Below are positions 1 through 13,797 of a stretch of 54,677 nt of DNA, piece after piece. Under the pieces are notes generated by a model. The model searched no databases. It worked only from the letters and a program-made list of their open reading frames with translations, and was not told where the DNA came from. The number at the start of each line of letters is the position of its first letter. The first letter of the stretch is position 1. This DNA is from Girardia tigrina (lineage: Eukaryota): contig MQRK01216544.1 in the NCBI GenBank assembly GCA_001938485.1, positions 28,637 through 83,313 of the forward strand, in the 5' to 3' direction. A program made the translations under genes and the position numbers.

Positions 1-112
1 CGATACACCTACTATTTGATTCCACCTACTATTTTAATAGTAGGTGGAAAATTTTTTGAAAACTTCATTACACCTACTATTTCATGTCCACCTACTATTT
101 GATGTTATCCGT
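1..112. mobile_element. Right end of a TA-flanked MITE with internal CACCTACTATT repeats (same family as 29544-29909)
   Basis: Bases 1-114 are nearly identical to 29798-29911. The copy ends ...atgttatccgt followed by TA. Confidence 0.8.
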
Positions 113-509
113 TAATTAGTAGTTGTTTTAATAATTGGAAAATTAGGCGGGTAATTTGAGTAGAGCTAAAGAATTGGGGAGTTAAATAAATTCTCATTTA
201 TTATCGAACTTTGTCTTTTGATTTTGTCGCAACAATTTCCTTATTTGAATTTGAAATATAAATGATGTTTTACTGTGATTATTAATTGGTATATTTTATA
301 AAAATCATCCTTTAAACACTAGATACATTTTGTAACATTTTGTCTACTCATAACATAACGGAAGATTGCAAAAAATAAACATTTTGAATTTAGAACTAAA
401 ACCAAAAATTTCAAATCCATGTTATATATGCTAAATTAATGTGTTTAAATAATCGTTAGTTATTTTGTGTATAAGTTAAATATATCATTATAGAATCTAT
501 CGCGGCTAA

Positions 510-1400
510 AATGAGCCACTTAAAATTTTCAGATGTAGTTCTTCCGTTTGGTGGAACTAATGATTTAAGTATATAGCACCGAAAATTGGAGTGAATTGGT
601 AATTATGCGGAATAGGTAAAATGGTTGTTTTCGAATTGTATTCTGGATTACCGAGCGGTGAAAGAGGATTATGGAACAGCAGAAACAGTAGCACTGAAAT
701 CATGAAGCCCGAGTCCACGGGATGCTTACGAAGAATTTTGAAACGCTCTCTTCAGCCAAAATAGTCAAAAGAATAACTTGTAGCTCTACTGAAGTGGTTA
801 ACAACAATTTTATGTAACGGGAGGAGCCATAAGAGTTTTTCTATTTCTAGCTTTTATGACCAGCCTTCCAGTTGTTGTATCAAGGCACATAGAATCATAA
901 GTATTGAGAAAGAAACATATATTGCATGAGTTGATTCTGATTGCGAATCATCTTCAACGAAACTAATGCAACATTTGCGGGATGTCAGCGGCTGTTATAC
1001 CATGGAAGCTAATGCGATGTTAAGAATTGTAATAAAGGAGAATACATTGTTCGAAACTGCAAGACGGCAGCTACGCCGACTCATTGTGGCTCAGCTGCTA
1101 CTCAGGCTAAATCATGTTTTTATTTTTTTATTTTTGCATCAAGTGTTCATGGTGTTATCGAAATCCATAAGAAGATTAACAAACCGTTACTGTGGCACGG
1201 GTAAGGTGTCAGTAAGTCATAGTATATGACTATCGGTAGTTGAAGTTCACACTTGGTAGCGAATCGTGAGGCAGTTGTGGAAACTAGATGTTCAACGATA
1301 ATGATAGAAAGCTTAGTATGGAAATTGGTATTGGGTTTACAAGTTAGTGATAATAATATCCATGCTTTTTATGTACGTGGGACAGTCTTACAAATAAACA
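510..1400 (+). pseudogene. Highly decayed Ty3/Gypsy gag-protease remnant
   Basis: Broken frames read FSDVVLPFGG..., AFMTSLP (gag-like), a degenerate zinc knuckle CNKGEYIVRNC (~1028-1060) and AVVETRCST (~1271-1297), which resembles the aspartyl protease ALVDTGCS motif. Confidence 0.45.
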
Positions 1401-1439
1401 GCACTCATCAAGTGTGACTCGCCTGCAAGATAGGTACTA

Positions 1440-2233
1440 AAACCGTAATCCTACAACGTACTTTTACAGCCTCTGGTAAATCCCCAAAAAATCCTCCTAC
1501 CTCCTCTTCCCATCATGCTTGGCAGTATGCGGCTTATCATCAAAGTGCTTGGGAAAGATATTGCAGCGATCACTTTCCTGACACACAAATTTCCAAGTTT
1601 TGAGCGAATTTAGGCAAAGAAATGGAGTTTTTGATGACCCGCAGATTAAAGAACTCATGAAAGTTAATAATTTTGCTTTATCGCTGAAACAAAAAGAGAA
1701 CACAGCGTGGCAAGCTTTCAAGACAAATTTTAGCAATTTCTTAGATAATCATCGGAGTTCCTAGGATCTAAACGAGTTTGAAAAACTTCATCAAAGCTTT
1801 AAGCTTCTTGGTGCTCGTATATCATTAAGGTTACCCTTTCTCAGTTCCCACTTGGATTATTTCCCAACTAACTGTGAATATTGAAGAACCAAGACATTCA
1901 AGTGATGGATGAGAGATATCAAGGTAGATGGGATACAAATATGCTCGCTGACTATTGATGGTGTTTAAAAAGAAAATCTCCATTTGTGTGACATGCACAA
2001 AAGGCTTTGAAACTATTTTTCTGTCTAACTGAATGTGTTTAAAAATATCGTGTTTGCATTTTGGTATTAATTATGTCATTTCTTGTGTTCAAAATCAAAA
2101 CTGGTCTGTAGAACAGAAACTAGAGTCAAACCAGTAAAATGGGTGAGAATTCCAAAATTAGCATACCAAAAATATAGTAAATGAGCATAGAAACACTGGA
2201 ACTCAGAAAAAATATTTAAAACGCAGACCAGTG
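1440..2233 (+). mobile_element. 3' half of a Chapaev3-like (CMC) DNA transposon, pseudogenised
   Basis: Broken frames give KILLPPLPIMLG, GVFDDPQIKELM, AWQAFK..NFL.NHRS, LGARISLRLPFLSSHLDYFP and RYQGRWDTNMLADY, all typical of this transposase C-terminus. The element ends ...CAGTG followed by TTA (TWA-type target). Confidence 0.7.
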
Positions 2234-2801
2234 TTATTATTCTGTTAATTAATATTTTAAACTCCAAAAATAAACTAGCAGAGAGATTACAAAGACGGTT
2301 CAATAATAAATAATACAGAAAACGAAAGATGTCAATCAGGAAAATAGTCAAATAAAATATCAAATCACTCTAAATATTTCGGAACAAAAACTCTAAAATT
2401 TTGATTATGTTTGAGTATTTATAAATCTCTTGTAGATGGAAAGCTCTTGTAACGACTACTCGACATAAATTAATGATTTTTACTTTCGAATTAGGAGTGG
2501 GAGGAATTGTGACATTTCCTGTTTTCAGTTTCCAAGTTATTTAACTTACATCCAATTTAATTGTACAGTACTATAATTAAATATTTTGTATTATATTTGT
2601 TTAAATAAAACAAATATTGTAGGTATTATTAAATCCCTTTAAAAAATGTTATTATCAATTTGTAACAAGTTAATTTAATTTAATTTAATCGCACCGCTTA
2701 GGTGGAGTTAGTATAAAAAAGCTATTAAATAAAAACTAATATTTAGTTGATTTGATAAGAAAGCCTCCCACTTAAAATGAATTCGAAAATTGTATTTATC
2801 A

Positions 2802-4300
2802 CAGTAGTAGCGTGCAAAAGTCTGTGGACAGTAAAAAATCCCAATTTTCCAATTTAGCGATGAGTTTATAAGGTGGCAAGTTTAAATGTTGACCAAAAAT
2901 GTAATTTCTATAGGCTTTTATGCTAAATAAATCTTTTTTAATTTTGTTAATATTTTTTATGACAAACACTTACTTTCCAAATTTTAACCCGCGCAAAACT
3001 TTGTGGAGAATTCAAAATTTTATTAAAAAGCAAATATTTTTGACAATTGATAGAAATTGTAAATTTTATTATTATTTTGTAACATAACTTTTTAAGCTAA
3101 AACTGCTTTATAACATTCAGGCATTGAGTCGACTAATTTGTTAATCACATCCAAAGGAATGCTACTCCAAATATCTTGAATTTTTTCGTAGAGTTCGTTC
3201 TTATTTTTGGACTCATTGCCTTTCAAATGACGATCAATGTATTCCCAAATATGCTCAATAGGATTTAAGTCCAGGCTTGGTTATGGCCACTTCAAAACAC
3301 GAATTTTTTTGTGTTTGAAAAAAACTTGTATCGTTTTGGCCGTGTGCTTTGGATCATTATCCTGTTGAAATACCTAACCTCGGGAAATTTTATCTATTTT
3401 AAAAGGTAACATTTTAGTACCGATGATATCCTTGTACTTAGATTGATTCATTATGTGCGATATATTGGACCAAATCTCTTACGGCTTAAGGCACCAAAAA
3501 TCAACACATTACCCCCTCCATGTTTTACCATAGGTAGGTGATATTTTGGATCAAATCTTTTACCAACAGGTCGTCTTACATACTTAATTCCTTACATACT
3601 TAACTCTCGAAGACCATAAACTACAATTTATCAGAAAAAGAATCTTAGACCATTCTTTGGGCTTCCAGTTAAGATTTTCCTTTGCACACTTGACTCGGGT
3701 TTTTTGATGGTCAAAGACCAAATAAATTTTCTTTCCGAAGAAGACATTTTTTAGTTTCAACACAACACTTAACATTATAGTCCTTCCTCATTATTTCATT
3801 CCATTCAACAGCATTCTTTCGAGAGTCTGATTTCGATAATCTTGTAAGAATTCTATCATCTTTTTGTGATGTTACTCTCTGCCTTTCACTGCACGGCTTG
3901 TTGTCTATGGTATGACGCTGATTTTATCTCTCGACAAGACTACGACTGCAGACTTGCTAACATTATAAAGCTATGCAATTTCTCTGTAAGATTTTTTTCC
4001 TATACAATAAGCACCAACAATCAATTTCTTGATATCTTCTGAAATTTCTCGACCTGAGGTCATCCTAAATGTTACTTTATTTGATTAATACTTAAATTTA
4101 ATTAGCATTTACTTTTTTTAAACAATGAATTTTATGCATTGTCCACAGACTTTTGCACAGGTTAAAATTAGAAGATTGAATGTTCGTCATACAAAATATT
4201 AATAAAATTAAAAAAAATTTACTTAGCGCAAAAGCTTATAATTTTTTTTTGTTATTTAAGACCATTTTTTCATAATGTCTTGCCAAAAAAAGTTATTGCA
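2802..4300 (-). mobile_element. Tc1-like (DD34E) element with IR/DR-type ends; transposase pseudogene ~4063 to 3073
   Basis: Minus-strand motifs: [42 protein letters not shown]. The motif gtgcaaaagtctgtggaca at ~2812 recurs degenerate at ~2991 and inverted at ~4140-4158. The upstream outer end is not clearly intact. Confidence 0.8.
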
Positions 4301-4954
4301 GTTTAAAACCCGGTAGTTACTTTATATTTTATAGTAAACTAGGACAGTTCGGAGCAGAAAGATGTGATCAGTACAACCATCATATGGGCTTAAACCTTTC
4401 TGAAGTGGATATAGCAGATCATTCTCGTTGATCAAACCAATCATTTACTTACATAAAAGAGTAGTTAAATTTAATAAACGCGTTCCTGTAGTGCAATCCC
4501 ACGCCATGATGATGGTAAATGATACTCTCAGTCTTTTACAGATTTTGGAATCATCAAGGTTATATAATTTTTCCAAGATTCTGGAGTAATGAAGTCTTTG
4601 AGTATCATTTTAAATAGTTGATTGACCTTTGCCAAGCAACAATCTCATCAGGGGTTGTGATATGAAATATAAATCACAGTCTTTGTTTATAAACGCGTGA
4701 GATTGATTGTTGCTTGGCAAAGGTCAATTAACTATTTAATTTCATCAGGGGTTGTGATATGAAATATAAAGCACAGTCCTTGTTTATAATAAGCAGGGTC
4801 AAGTATATACGTAGGTTCATGCATCATTAATTTATTGTTAAGAAAGTCCGTGAAATTTACGGGAGACGGATATGAGTTACCCTTAACTATATATATGGCT
4901 GGGGGTTTCATATTCCGAATTAAATAGCAATGATCTAAAATACTTTTATAAAAG

Positions 4955-5124
4955 GGGTACGGGACATTTCGACGCCAGAAATTATTTCATTTTAATCCTA
5001 AAATTCCTAATTAATAACAAATTATTTAATATTTATCCTAAAATTCCTAATTAATAACCAATTATTTCATTTTATTCCTATTTCATTTAAATCCTAATTT
5101 CTAAAGTCGAAATGTCCTGCTTCA
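4955..5124. mobile_element. Small Mutator-type MITE
   Basis: Imperfect TIRs with core ggacatttcgac / gtcgaaatgtcc. Exact 9-bp direct flanks ttataaaag at 4946-4954 and 5125-5133. Internal tandem repeat of atcctaaaattcctaattaataac. Confidence 0.75.
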
Positions 5125-6511
5125 TTATAAAAGACCTTAATGCACGAGGACCATAATAATAAAAAATTATATAATTAAACATGGAATTTAAAAAAAAAGA
5201 TTTAATTCAAATTTTAAAATATTTTGAACAATTTGACATTAAATTGAAAAAAAAAGCAATTCCAATTTTTTAATTTTCTGAAATTAATTTAGTGTTCAGT
5301 TTTAGGATTCTTAGTGTTTTGTTTAAATAAGGCAAAACGTGTAAAATTTAAATATCAATAAATCTTTTTTAAATTAAATAGTTAACATTTTTAATTAATA
5401 GATACAAACTTTTTATTGATTTAACTAAAATTTTAATCAAATATTTTAAATTTTACCTGTATTTATATGCTATAATAAATTTAATCAATAAATAAAGAAT
5501 AAATTTCTTTTAATTCAATTCAATTTAAATTTTTGAAAATTAGAATTAAAAATCTTTATTTTTAAAATATTGGATTTAAATTATTTGAAGGATGGATTAA
5601 ATTGGGTAAACAACCAAGTAGTTCATATAAGAATTAAAAGTTTATTTTCCTGAGTTGTATATTTAAGACTAAATTTCAGATGAAATTTGAAATTTATTTC
5701 CCAAAGTTTTTGTTCAATAAATAAATAATAAATTTTTAAGTTACATACATGTTCAAATAATGACGGACAAATAATCAGTTTAGTAGAAAATGAAACAGAA
5801 AAATTGTAGGTTACCTAGATATAATTGTTTTTTTTAATAGTAAATTGAAATACTAACCCATTAAGTACTTTTTTATAATTCGTTGAAAAGGTTTGGAAAT
5901 TTAAGTCTTATGCAATGTTCGCTAAAATCATGATAAGCTTTTATTCATAATAAAACAAAATTCTGAAAAAATGCTATTACATTTAATAAATTTAAATTAA
6001 TGTTCTCATGTTAAAACATTTGTCCTTGATGGGTTAACGAGCTCTAAATATTTTTTAATAATCATTTGTAACTTTTAAGCTTCCATTTCGTGTAATATTA
6101 ATATTTAAAAATGCTGTTTTAAATTTTTTATTCTTTTCAGGAATGATAACAATAATAAATAACAGGACTATTACCTAGCATTATTAGAGCATTAATAATA
6201 TCACCTGGAGAAAAAAATTCGTTCGAAAAAAAGAAAGCATTAGAATTAAACAAAAGATATAATTTTTACACGAAATTCAAATTGTGAAAATATAAAACAT
6301 AACTTTTACATATTCAAATGCATGAATGTATGAAAATAAATTGCTAAAATTCAAGATAAAGGAATGTAAACAGTAGTATAATGGTAAAACATAGCCAACA
6401 GATAAAAACTGGAATAAATATTAATATCAATATGGGGAAATAAAAAAACCATGATTCGACAAAAAAAAAGCATTTTTTTAAAAAGCACTTCATATAACAA
6501 TCGATATTTGT

Positions 6512-6527
6512 GGTCCTAAAGAGGACC
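6512..6527 (-). promoter_or_regulatory. Histone mRNA 3' stem-loop
   Basis: Minus strand reads AAAC-GGTCCT-CTTT-AGGACC-ACAAA (6-bp stem, 4-nt loop), ~37 nt downstream of the H2A stop. Confidence 0.9.
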
Positions 6528-6564
6528 GTTTTATCATTCTCAAGTTTCAGATAGTATTGAAAAA

Positions 6565-6948
6565 TTACTTTTCCTTTTCTTCAGCTTTCTTTGGCAATAA
6601 AGCACCTTGAATATTTGGCATTACTCCACCTTGAGAAATTGTAACTCCACCCAACAATTTGTTCAATTCCTCATCATTACGAATTGCCAATTGCAAGTGT
6701 CTCGGAATAATACGAGTCTTTTTGTTATCTCTGGCAGCATTACCAGCTAACTCAAGAACTTCGGCAGTCAAATATTCAAGAACTGCAGCCAAATAAACTG
6801 GAGCTCCCGCTCCGACTCTTTCAGCGAAATTACCCTTTCTTAATTTACGATGAATTCTTCCGACAGGAAATTGAAGACCAGCGCGAGAACTACGGCTTTT
6901 AGTAGTAGATTTAGCTCCTTTAGTTAATTTACCAGCTTTTCCAGACAT
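6565..6948 (-). CDS. H2A: Histone H2A, intronless, replication-dependent type
   Basis: Intact 127-aa ORF with [71 protein letters not shown] and LLPKK. Stem-loop downstream; no SQ(E/D) H2A.X tail. Confidence 0.97.
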   Translation of the reverse strand: MSGKAGKLTKGAKSTTKSRSSRAGLQFPVGRIHRKLRKGNFAERVGAGAPVYLAAVLEYLTAEVLELAGNAARDNKKTRIIPRHLQLAIRNDEELNKLLGGVTISQGGVMPNIQGALLPKKAEEKEK

Positions 6949-8719
6949 TTTAAAAATTATTTATGTTTCCATGAATTTTCTCTCTTATTTATGTAAAAAA
7001 ATGTATGTAAATATCATTACGTTGAGGTATTTAATTTGAAAAATATTTTAAAATTTGAATATAAACATATTTTGAAAATTAAATTGGCAGCGTAATACAC
7101 ATAAATAAGCTTTATAAAAACTCGGTAATCTTTTTTAAGAGTTTATATAATTTTAAAAATATTTTTAATGTTTTCATTTAAAAAGTTTCGAAATATTGAG
7201 CTATTTTTACCTTACTTAATTGATTATTAATATTATTAAAATAACATTATAATCCTTTTTAAGTGTGAATTCTTTAATTTCAATCAATTCTTTTCGTAAA
7301 GTAATGTAATCTTTTAAATTTTTTTTTGCCTTTTTTGAGAAAACAATAAATGTATATTAAAAGATTCGATATTATATTCCAATATCCAGGAGGTTCCTTG
7401 AAAAGAAATGCTACAATTCATAGATAATATGGATCATAAAATGTATAATTAAACTGATCCTCAGCTTCAAAAATATCTAGCAAAGCTTTAATGAATTGTA
7501 TATTAGTTTGATTAAAAATCATTTGTAAAAAATATTTTCCAAAACTAATTATAATTGAAGAAATAGTCTTTGTTCACAAGGCGTCAATAGAAATTATTGT
7601 TGAGAAAACGAAATTGTTTGACGAACAATTATGATTTCAACTAAAATCATACACTACAAACAGTAACAAAGTAAGAATTAGTAATTAAAACTTAAACCTT
7701 TTTTCTTCTATTTATATCGTTTGAAAAAGAACTAATAAAAGTGTTGAAGGAGACATTCTAAATTACAGAAAATGATCTCTACAAATTATTCATTAATTTA
7801 GGAATTTTAAAAATTTATTTAACTTTTTAACAGAATGGCGAAAATAACGATATTTTAATATACTAAATTACAAATGGATATAGAGGAATGAAACAAAAAT
7901 AGAAAATCGTCGCACTGGATTAAGTTTCTGTTATTTTACCACATTCATCATTATCTATATCTGCGTCTTCATTTGTAGGTTAATCCTCATTTTCAGAAAG
8001 GCGTTTGATCTCAATTTCAAATAAAAACGGTTAAAAAATTAACGCAAAAACCCTGCATTTCAATAAACGGCGCCCCGTTTATTCAAGGAAATACGGTATC
8101 TCTCTTCGTCTGTTTGTGTGTTTCCGTATTTGCTACAAATTTTACAAACGATTTTCATTAATTTTCCATAGTCCGATTGAGCTGAAATTTTCCCTTATTG
8201 TGTAATTTCGATGACAATACATGAATAAATTAAAAGACTTACTAAATAAATGAATAATTAGAGAAAAAAAGCGTTTATCGGATTATTCAAAAAAATGTTT
8301 ATAAAGTATCTAGACTTTTGTTTAAAAATTGTCAATTAAATTTGTTTTTTCATAACTTTTTTTTCTTCATAACTTTTTAAATTTTTATTTTTTTTCTTAA
8401 TAAATATATTTTGGATTCCTTACTGATGATAGTTAATTGAGTTATTGTTAATTGTCTAAAATTGACATTTATTTTCTTTTCTGTTTTATTAAAAAATCCA
8501 AAATCGTTACAATGTTCCGATTAATAAATATACTTTTCCATCGACAATACACAAATTTTAAATTTAGAGCCTCTTCAAACTTTTATTTGAAAGATTTAAA
8601 CAATACGCATTTATTATAAAACATGCATTATAAAAAACAATAAAAACATACGCTAAAAGTCATAAAAACATTCAAACATCATACCCAAATTACACGAAAT
8701 AAATAATCATAATTTACAA

Positions 8720-11420
8720 ATTATCTTTACATTTGTATTCTTCAAGCTGTAATTTATATATGCTTGTATGTGGTTTACTGATTAAAATTGCTGGACCTGT
8801 GTAGAGATCTCCATCTTTTGTTGTGCTTTCCTTATTTATTGATACATAGTCTCTAAGTTCAAAAGTTCTCATTGTTGGTATTTTATTTTGTTATGGTATT
8901 TTATTTTCATATTTCTGAAATCTTTCCACCAATGTTTCAATTTCCGTCCCCAAATGATTTCTATTGGGGATATTCCTGTACTTGCCTGGACTGTACTATT
9001 TATCATGAATTCAATATCGGGTAGAATTTTGCCCAGTCTTTGTGAACTATATCTTATTAATTCAATCAATAATTTTTCGAAACTGTATTTTAATCATTCA
9101 ATTTACCTGATGATGGTAATATAACTTGAATATATTATTTGACTGTTAAATCTGTTTACTATTTATTGTCGCGATTCAAATGTCTTACCTCTATCTAAAT
9201 GAATTTCCTTAGACTGACCATTTCTCCAAATCCATCTTTCTAATAGTATTGTCCATATAGTATTTTTTCATCTTGATGAATCCCAGAATTTAAGCATATA
9301 AACCCACTAAAATGATCAATTATTTCTAAAATATACTCATATTCATAATCAATTCTCTTTGCCGATCCACAAAAGTGAACATATATTTTTTGAAATGGCA
9401 CAGGTGATATATGTTTAATGGTTCCATGACAATTCGACACAAGACAATTCGACACACGACAATTCGACACAAGACAATTCGACACAAGACAATTCGACAC
9501 AAGACAATTCGACACAAGACAATTCGACACACGTACAATTCGACACAAGACAATTCGACACATTTTTTTAATGGGACAAATATTTTATTTCGACATTTTT
9601 AAATTTCGATTAGTTTTTTTTAATTCAACACTTTTTTTTAATTCGACCAATAACTAAAATGAAATATTTTCATTATTAATATACATTTTTTGAAACTCGA
9701 CATTTTCAATAACTATATTTTTGGTTAGACTAATGAGTTTTTCTGTATTTAATATGAAAAAATATCAATTTAATATGAAAAAAAATCAATTTTTATGAAA
9801 AAATATGTATTTACTATGAAAAATATGTATTTAATATAAAAATATTATTTTAATATGAAAAAATCAAATTTTATTAAAAAATATGTATTTAACACGAAAA
9901 ATATGTATTTAATATAAAAATATTATTTTAATATGAAAAAAATCAAATTTTATTAAAAAATATGTATTTAACACGAAAAATATGTATTTAATATAAAAAT
10001 ATTATTTTAATATGAAAAAAATCAAATTTTAGTAAAACATATGTATTTAACATGAAAAATATGTATTTAATATAAAAATATGTATTTAATATAAAAATAT
10101 CATTTTAATATGAAAAAAATCAATTCTCACATATTTTTTATCAACTTATATTGAGGGTGCTCTTGGTAGAGCTCCTCAGTTTCCAATAAAATGCTGGAAC
10201 CATTTCGATTCTGCTGGTTAGCAGACACCAAAAACTAAAAATTGTTGTGAAGATTTCCACAATTTTCTTAATTCTATATTTCAATGCAGCCACCCCAGTG
10301 TTTGGACCTTGCTTGATGGACTTGGAAGAGATATAGCTTGTCACAGACTGACTTTGGCAAATGCTCTGTCAGGTCGCCCTGTGGTTGTAAAGAAAAAATA
10401 TGTATCATTGAGTGAGGCTATTGCAATGGCTGTGCAAGAATACAATTTGAATGCTTCGAATGATGAAAAACTGAAATACTTGCGTTGGCTAGTTAATTTG
10501 CAATGGATAAAATGTTAAAAATTAACTTTTACTGTGTTGAATTAATAAATGTGTAGAATTAAAAAATTTTGTCGTCTTATTGACATTTTTCATATTAAAT
10601 TGATTTTGTATATAAAATATACAAAAATTGAAATCTACGTTCAAAATAATATGGCAGGCTGAATTGTAAACGAATGCATTTTTAAAACATTAGTTCATAT
10701 TAAATTGATATTTTTATATTAAATACATATTTTTCATATTAANNNNNNNNNNNNNNNNNNNNNNNNNNNNNNNNNNNNNNNNNNNNNNNNNNNNNNNNCA
10801 TATTAAATACAGAAAAACTCATTAGTCTAACCAAAAATATAGTTATTGAAAATGTCGAGTTTCAAAAAATGTATAGTAATAATGAAAATATTTCATTTTA
10901 GTTATTGGTCGAATTAAAAAAAAGTGTTGAATTAAAAAAAACTAATCGAAATTTAAAAATGTCGAAATAAAATATTTGTCCCATTAAAAAAATGTGTCGA
11001 ATTGTCTTGTGTCGAATTGTCTTGTGTCGAATTGTCTGTGTCGAATTGTCTGTGTCGAATTGTCGTGTGTCGAATTGTCTGGTTACCATGTTTAATAATG
11101 TCTACTTTTTGTTTTCGAAATAAATGTCTTTCTTTTTCTACAGGTTGAGCCTCTGCAGCATTTGTTCATTCGCACTATTCATACCAAGATCATCTTTGAG
11201 ATAAGTATACACTTTTTACTACGCGCGTGACATAATGGAGATTGGTTGTAAAAGAAATATTGTATAAATATTAGAATAGTTTGTGTAAATTTTTGGTTGC
11301 TGTGAGTGAATTTCATTCTGTTACTTATATCTATTGGAATCCATGTGCAACCCGAGAGTAACAAGTTCTACTATATATGTGCGCATAATTTCTGAGGTCT
11401 GTTGTTTGTTCTGTGTAACT
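8720..11420 (-). pseudogene. Ty3/Gypsy integrase remnant, split by the MULE insertion at 9420-11087
   Basis: Motifs PFQKIYVHFCG, YILEIIDHFSGFI, LPDIEFMINSTVQASTGISPIEIIWGR and a GPY-like YTGPA. The LCHA zinc-domain part lies beyond 11088. Similar to the integrase in the 52570-54021 ORF. Confidence 0.7.
9420..11087 (+). mobile_element. Non-autonomous Mutator-like (MULE) element with long TIRs
   Basis: Exact 9-bp TSD atgtttaat at 9411-9419 and 11088-11096. GG...CC termini and ~340-bp TIRs containing 15-bp (aattcgacacaagac)n arrays. Internal ~10150-10518 encodes a MULE C-terminal remnant (PQFPIKCWNH...PKTKNCCEDFH...HPSVWTLL). Confidence 0.88.
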
Positions 11421-11822
11421 CTGTAATGCTGGACAACCGGTGTGCGTCACGGGTAAGAGAAATTTATCAATTAGATTTGGTGGAATAGTATCAATTTAAT
11501 CTCGTAGGATTTAAAAACTCATGAAAATTTCATATTACAGTAATTTTCGATTGTTTACTATTGATAACAGGGTGCGCAAACTCTTGACAGCAGTTCTACA
11601 ATTTCAAAAACAAATATTATTGATTTTCTGTGGTTAGTTATTGTTACAGGGTGTGTCCAGTAGGTATTAAGCATCGACCGAGATTGTTGTAGAGGATTCA
11701 ACGAAAATCAGGTGGTATTATTCATTTTTGGTAAACGATTTTCAAAAATTCTGGATATGGAATTAATTAATTTTGATTTTAGACACTCAAGGGTACTTGG
11801 GCCGTTCAAAGATCATCTAAGG

Positions 11823-13797
11823 CAGTGGTTACCTAAATTCCTTGCCAGGCGCCCCCCTAAATACAAAGAAACATTTTGGCGCCCCCTACATGTTCCACCA
11901 GGATATATGGTGTTATAGAAACGCTTAAATTATTATTATTATTAAGATAATTTTTAAATTAAATTTTAATTTAACACATGGACTGTGTGTTTCATCGTAA
12001 ATTCTCAGTCTACTTCCATGTTTGAAACGCATTCTACCTATCTATAGAAAACTTCATGAAAATAGGTTAAGCCCGTTTATTTTAAATATTCAAATCTACA
12101 TCATCTTCATTCAATTTGTTCTTAATCTCAATATTTAGGTAAGTAGGTTGAGAATACTGTTCATAAATGGTCACTCGGCTTTCATGATACTTAAAAACCT
12201 TGTTCCCATTTATGAATGTCTTTTCCAAGGGGTAAGACATCGTTGATATGTAATTACAATAAATACTTGCATTTGCTTTTGAATAATTTTTATACTTAAT
12301 ATTTGTACACTAACCATCTTTCGATATTTATTTATAATAAATTTCATTTTATAAATCTGTTTCAAACTGTTTGAAACAGTTTTAGATTAATAAATAAATA
12401 GATCAATGTAGTTAATGATAATTCTCAGTTGTTTAAATAATCGAAAGTCTCGGCGGGCGTTTAAAAGGAAAGTAAATCTTACTGACTTTTGTTTATTGCT
12501 TTACTTTTCAGCTTATCATTTTACAATCAATTAATTATCTAATTTTACCAACTACGTAAGCTATTTTACAATAAAAATGTACTTATTTTATTCTTGTTTC
12601 AAGATACCACTCAAAAATGGATAAGTGGATAAGTAAGAAACGCAAGGCAGATGACTCCCAAGACGCGTCTAAATCCAGTGAAAGTAATTCAAATGAAGAG
12701 GCCCAGTCAATAAACATTGACAACTTCAATGTTAAGAAAAAGTTCATTCCCAAAAGATGTAAGTTGAGGAAGTATCAAGAAGATTATATAAAATTTGGCT
12801 TTACATTTAATTAAATTGGAAGTACATAACTTCCACAATGCGTTATTTGCTCGGAAATTTTGGCTAATGACAGTTTAAAACCAAAGAATTTATGGCGACA
12901 TTTAATAGCAAAGCACCCAATTATTGCTGAAAAGCCTGTCGAGTATTTTGAACGTAAGAGCATGGAGTTACAAAAGCAAGTAGCTCTCATGAACAAAATA
13001 ACAACGACATCATCAAGAGCTCTCCTTGCTTCTTTTGAAGTGTCGTATTTGATAGCAATCGACAAGAAGCCTCATATAATTGCAGAAACTCTTGTGCTTC
13101 CATCTGCAATGAAAATGTGTGAAATTATATATGGCAAAAAATTCTCAGAGGCTATGGAATCAATTCCATTATCAAACAACACTGTTTCTCGCCATATTCA
13201 AGAAATGTCCAATGATATTAAAGAGCAACTAATTGCTCGTCTTAAAGTTAGTGAGAAATTTTCCCTGCAAATTGACGAATCCAATGTAGTTGGCATGGCT
13301 GAACTACTTGTTTACGTGAGATCTTGTTTTGGTGATAAGTTACTGGAGGATATACTTTTTTGCCAAGTGCTTACTCAAACAACCACAGGAAACGATATAT
13401 TCAATATGCTAAATAACTTAATTTTAATTCCTACCTGTGTAAGAAGGCATTTTCCTCAATGGTAACAATTAAAACTAAATCTCGAAACCGTCTCCAAGTT
13501 GAAGGAGATCTTCGTCTTTCATTGTCACCAATTCAGCCAAGAATGGACCTTCTTTATTCAAATATACAATCCCATCCTTCCCATTAATTGTAATGATTGC
13601 ATATGACGCAATACTTTGCTTATTATTAATAAAGTAAAAACTTTTTTAATATATTCTTTTTATTTTATTATTTTATAATCAAATTATGTTAAAATTTAAT
13701 ACAGTTTGGTCTAGTATTTGTTCCCCAAAAATGTCTCAGCGCCCCATAAATGTTTCTGCACCCCATAAGGGGGCACCCCCCACTTTGGGAACCACTG
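11823..13797 (+). mobile_element. Buster/Charlie-type hAT transposon, internally deleted (ZBED5/SCAND3-like transposase fragments 12617-13587)
   Basis: TIRs cagtggtt... / ...aaccactg with exact 8-bp TSD atctaagg (central TA) at 11815-11822 and 13798-13805. BED finger CVICSEIL...LWRHLIAKH, FSLQIDES, then a direct jump to the C-terminal IKTKSRNRL...HPSH*. In-frame stop at 12812. Confidence 0.92.

Noticed and set aside
4365-4425. piggyBac transposase motif (YNHHMG...VDIADH)
   Set aside because: Too short, and the spacing is wrong; no supporting flanking motifs or termini.
4720-4752. Second intact hammerhead ribozyme
   Set aside because: CUGAUGA and a stem II are present but GAAA is replaced by GACC and no stem I partner is found.
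9240-9602. ORFs with CRIVL / VSNCL / TIRHK repeats
   Set aside because: Translations of the 15-bp subterminal repeats of the MULE TIR.
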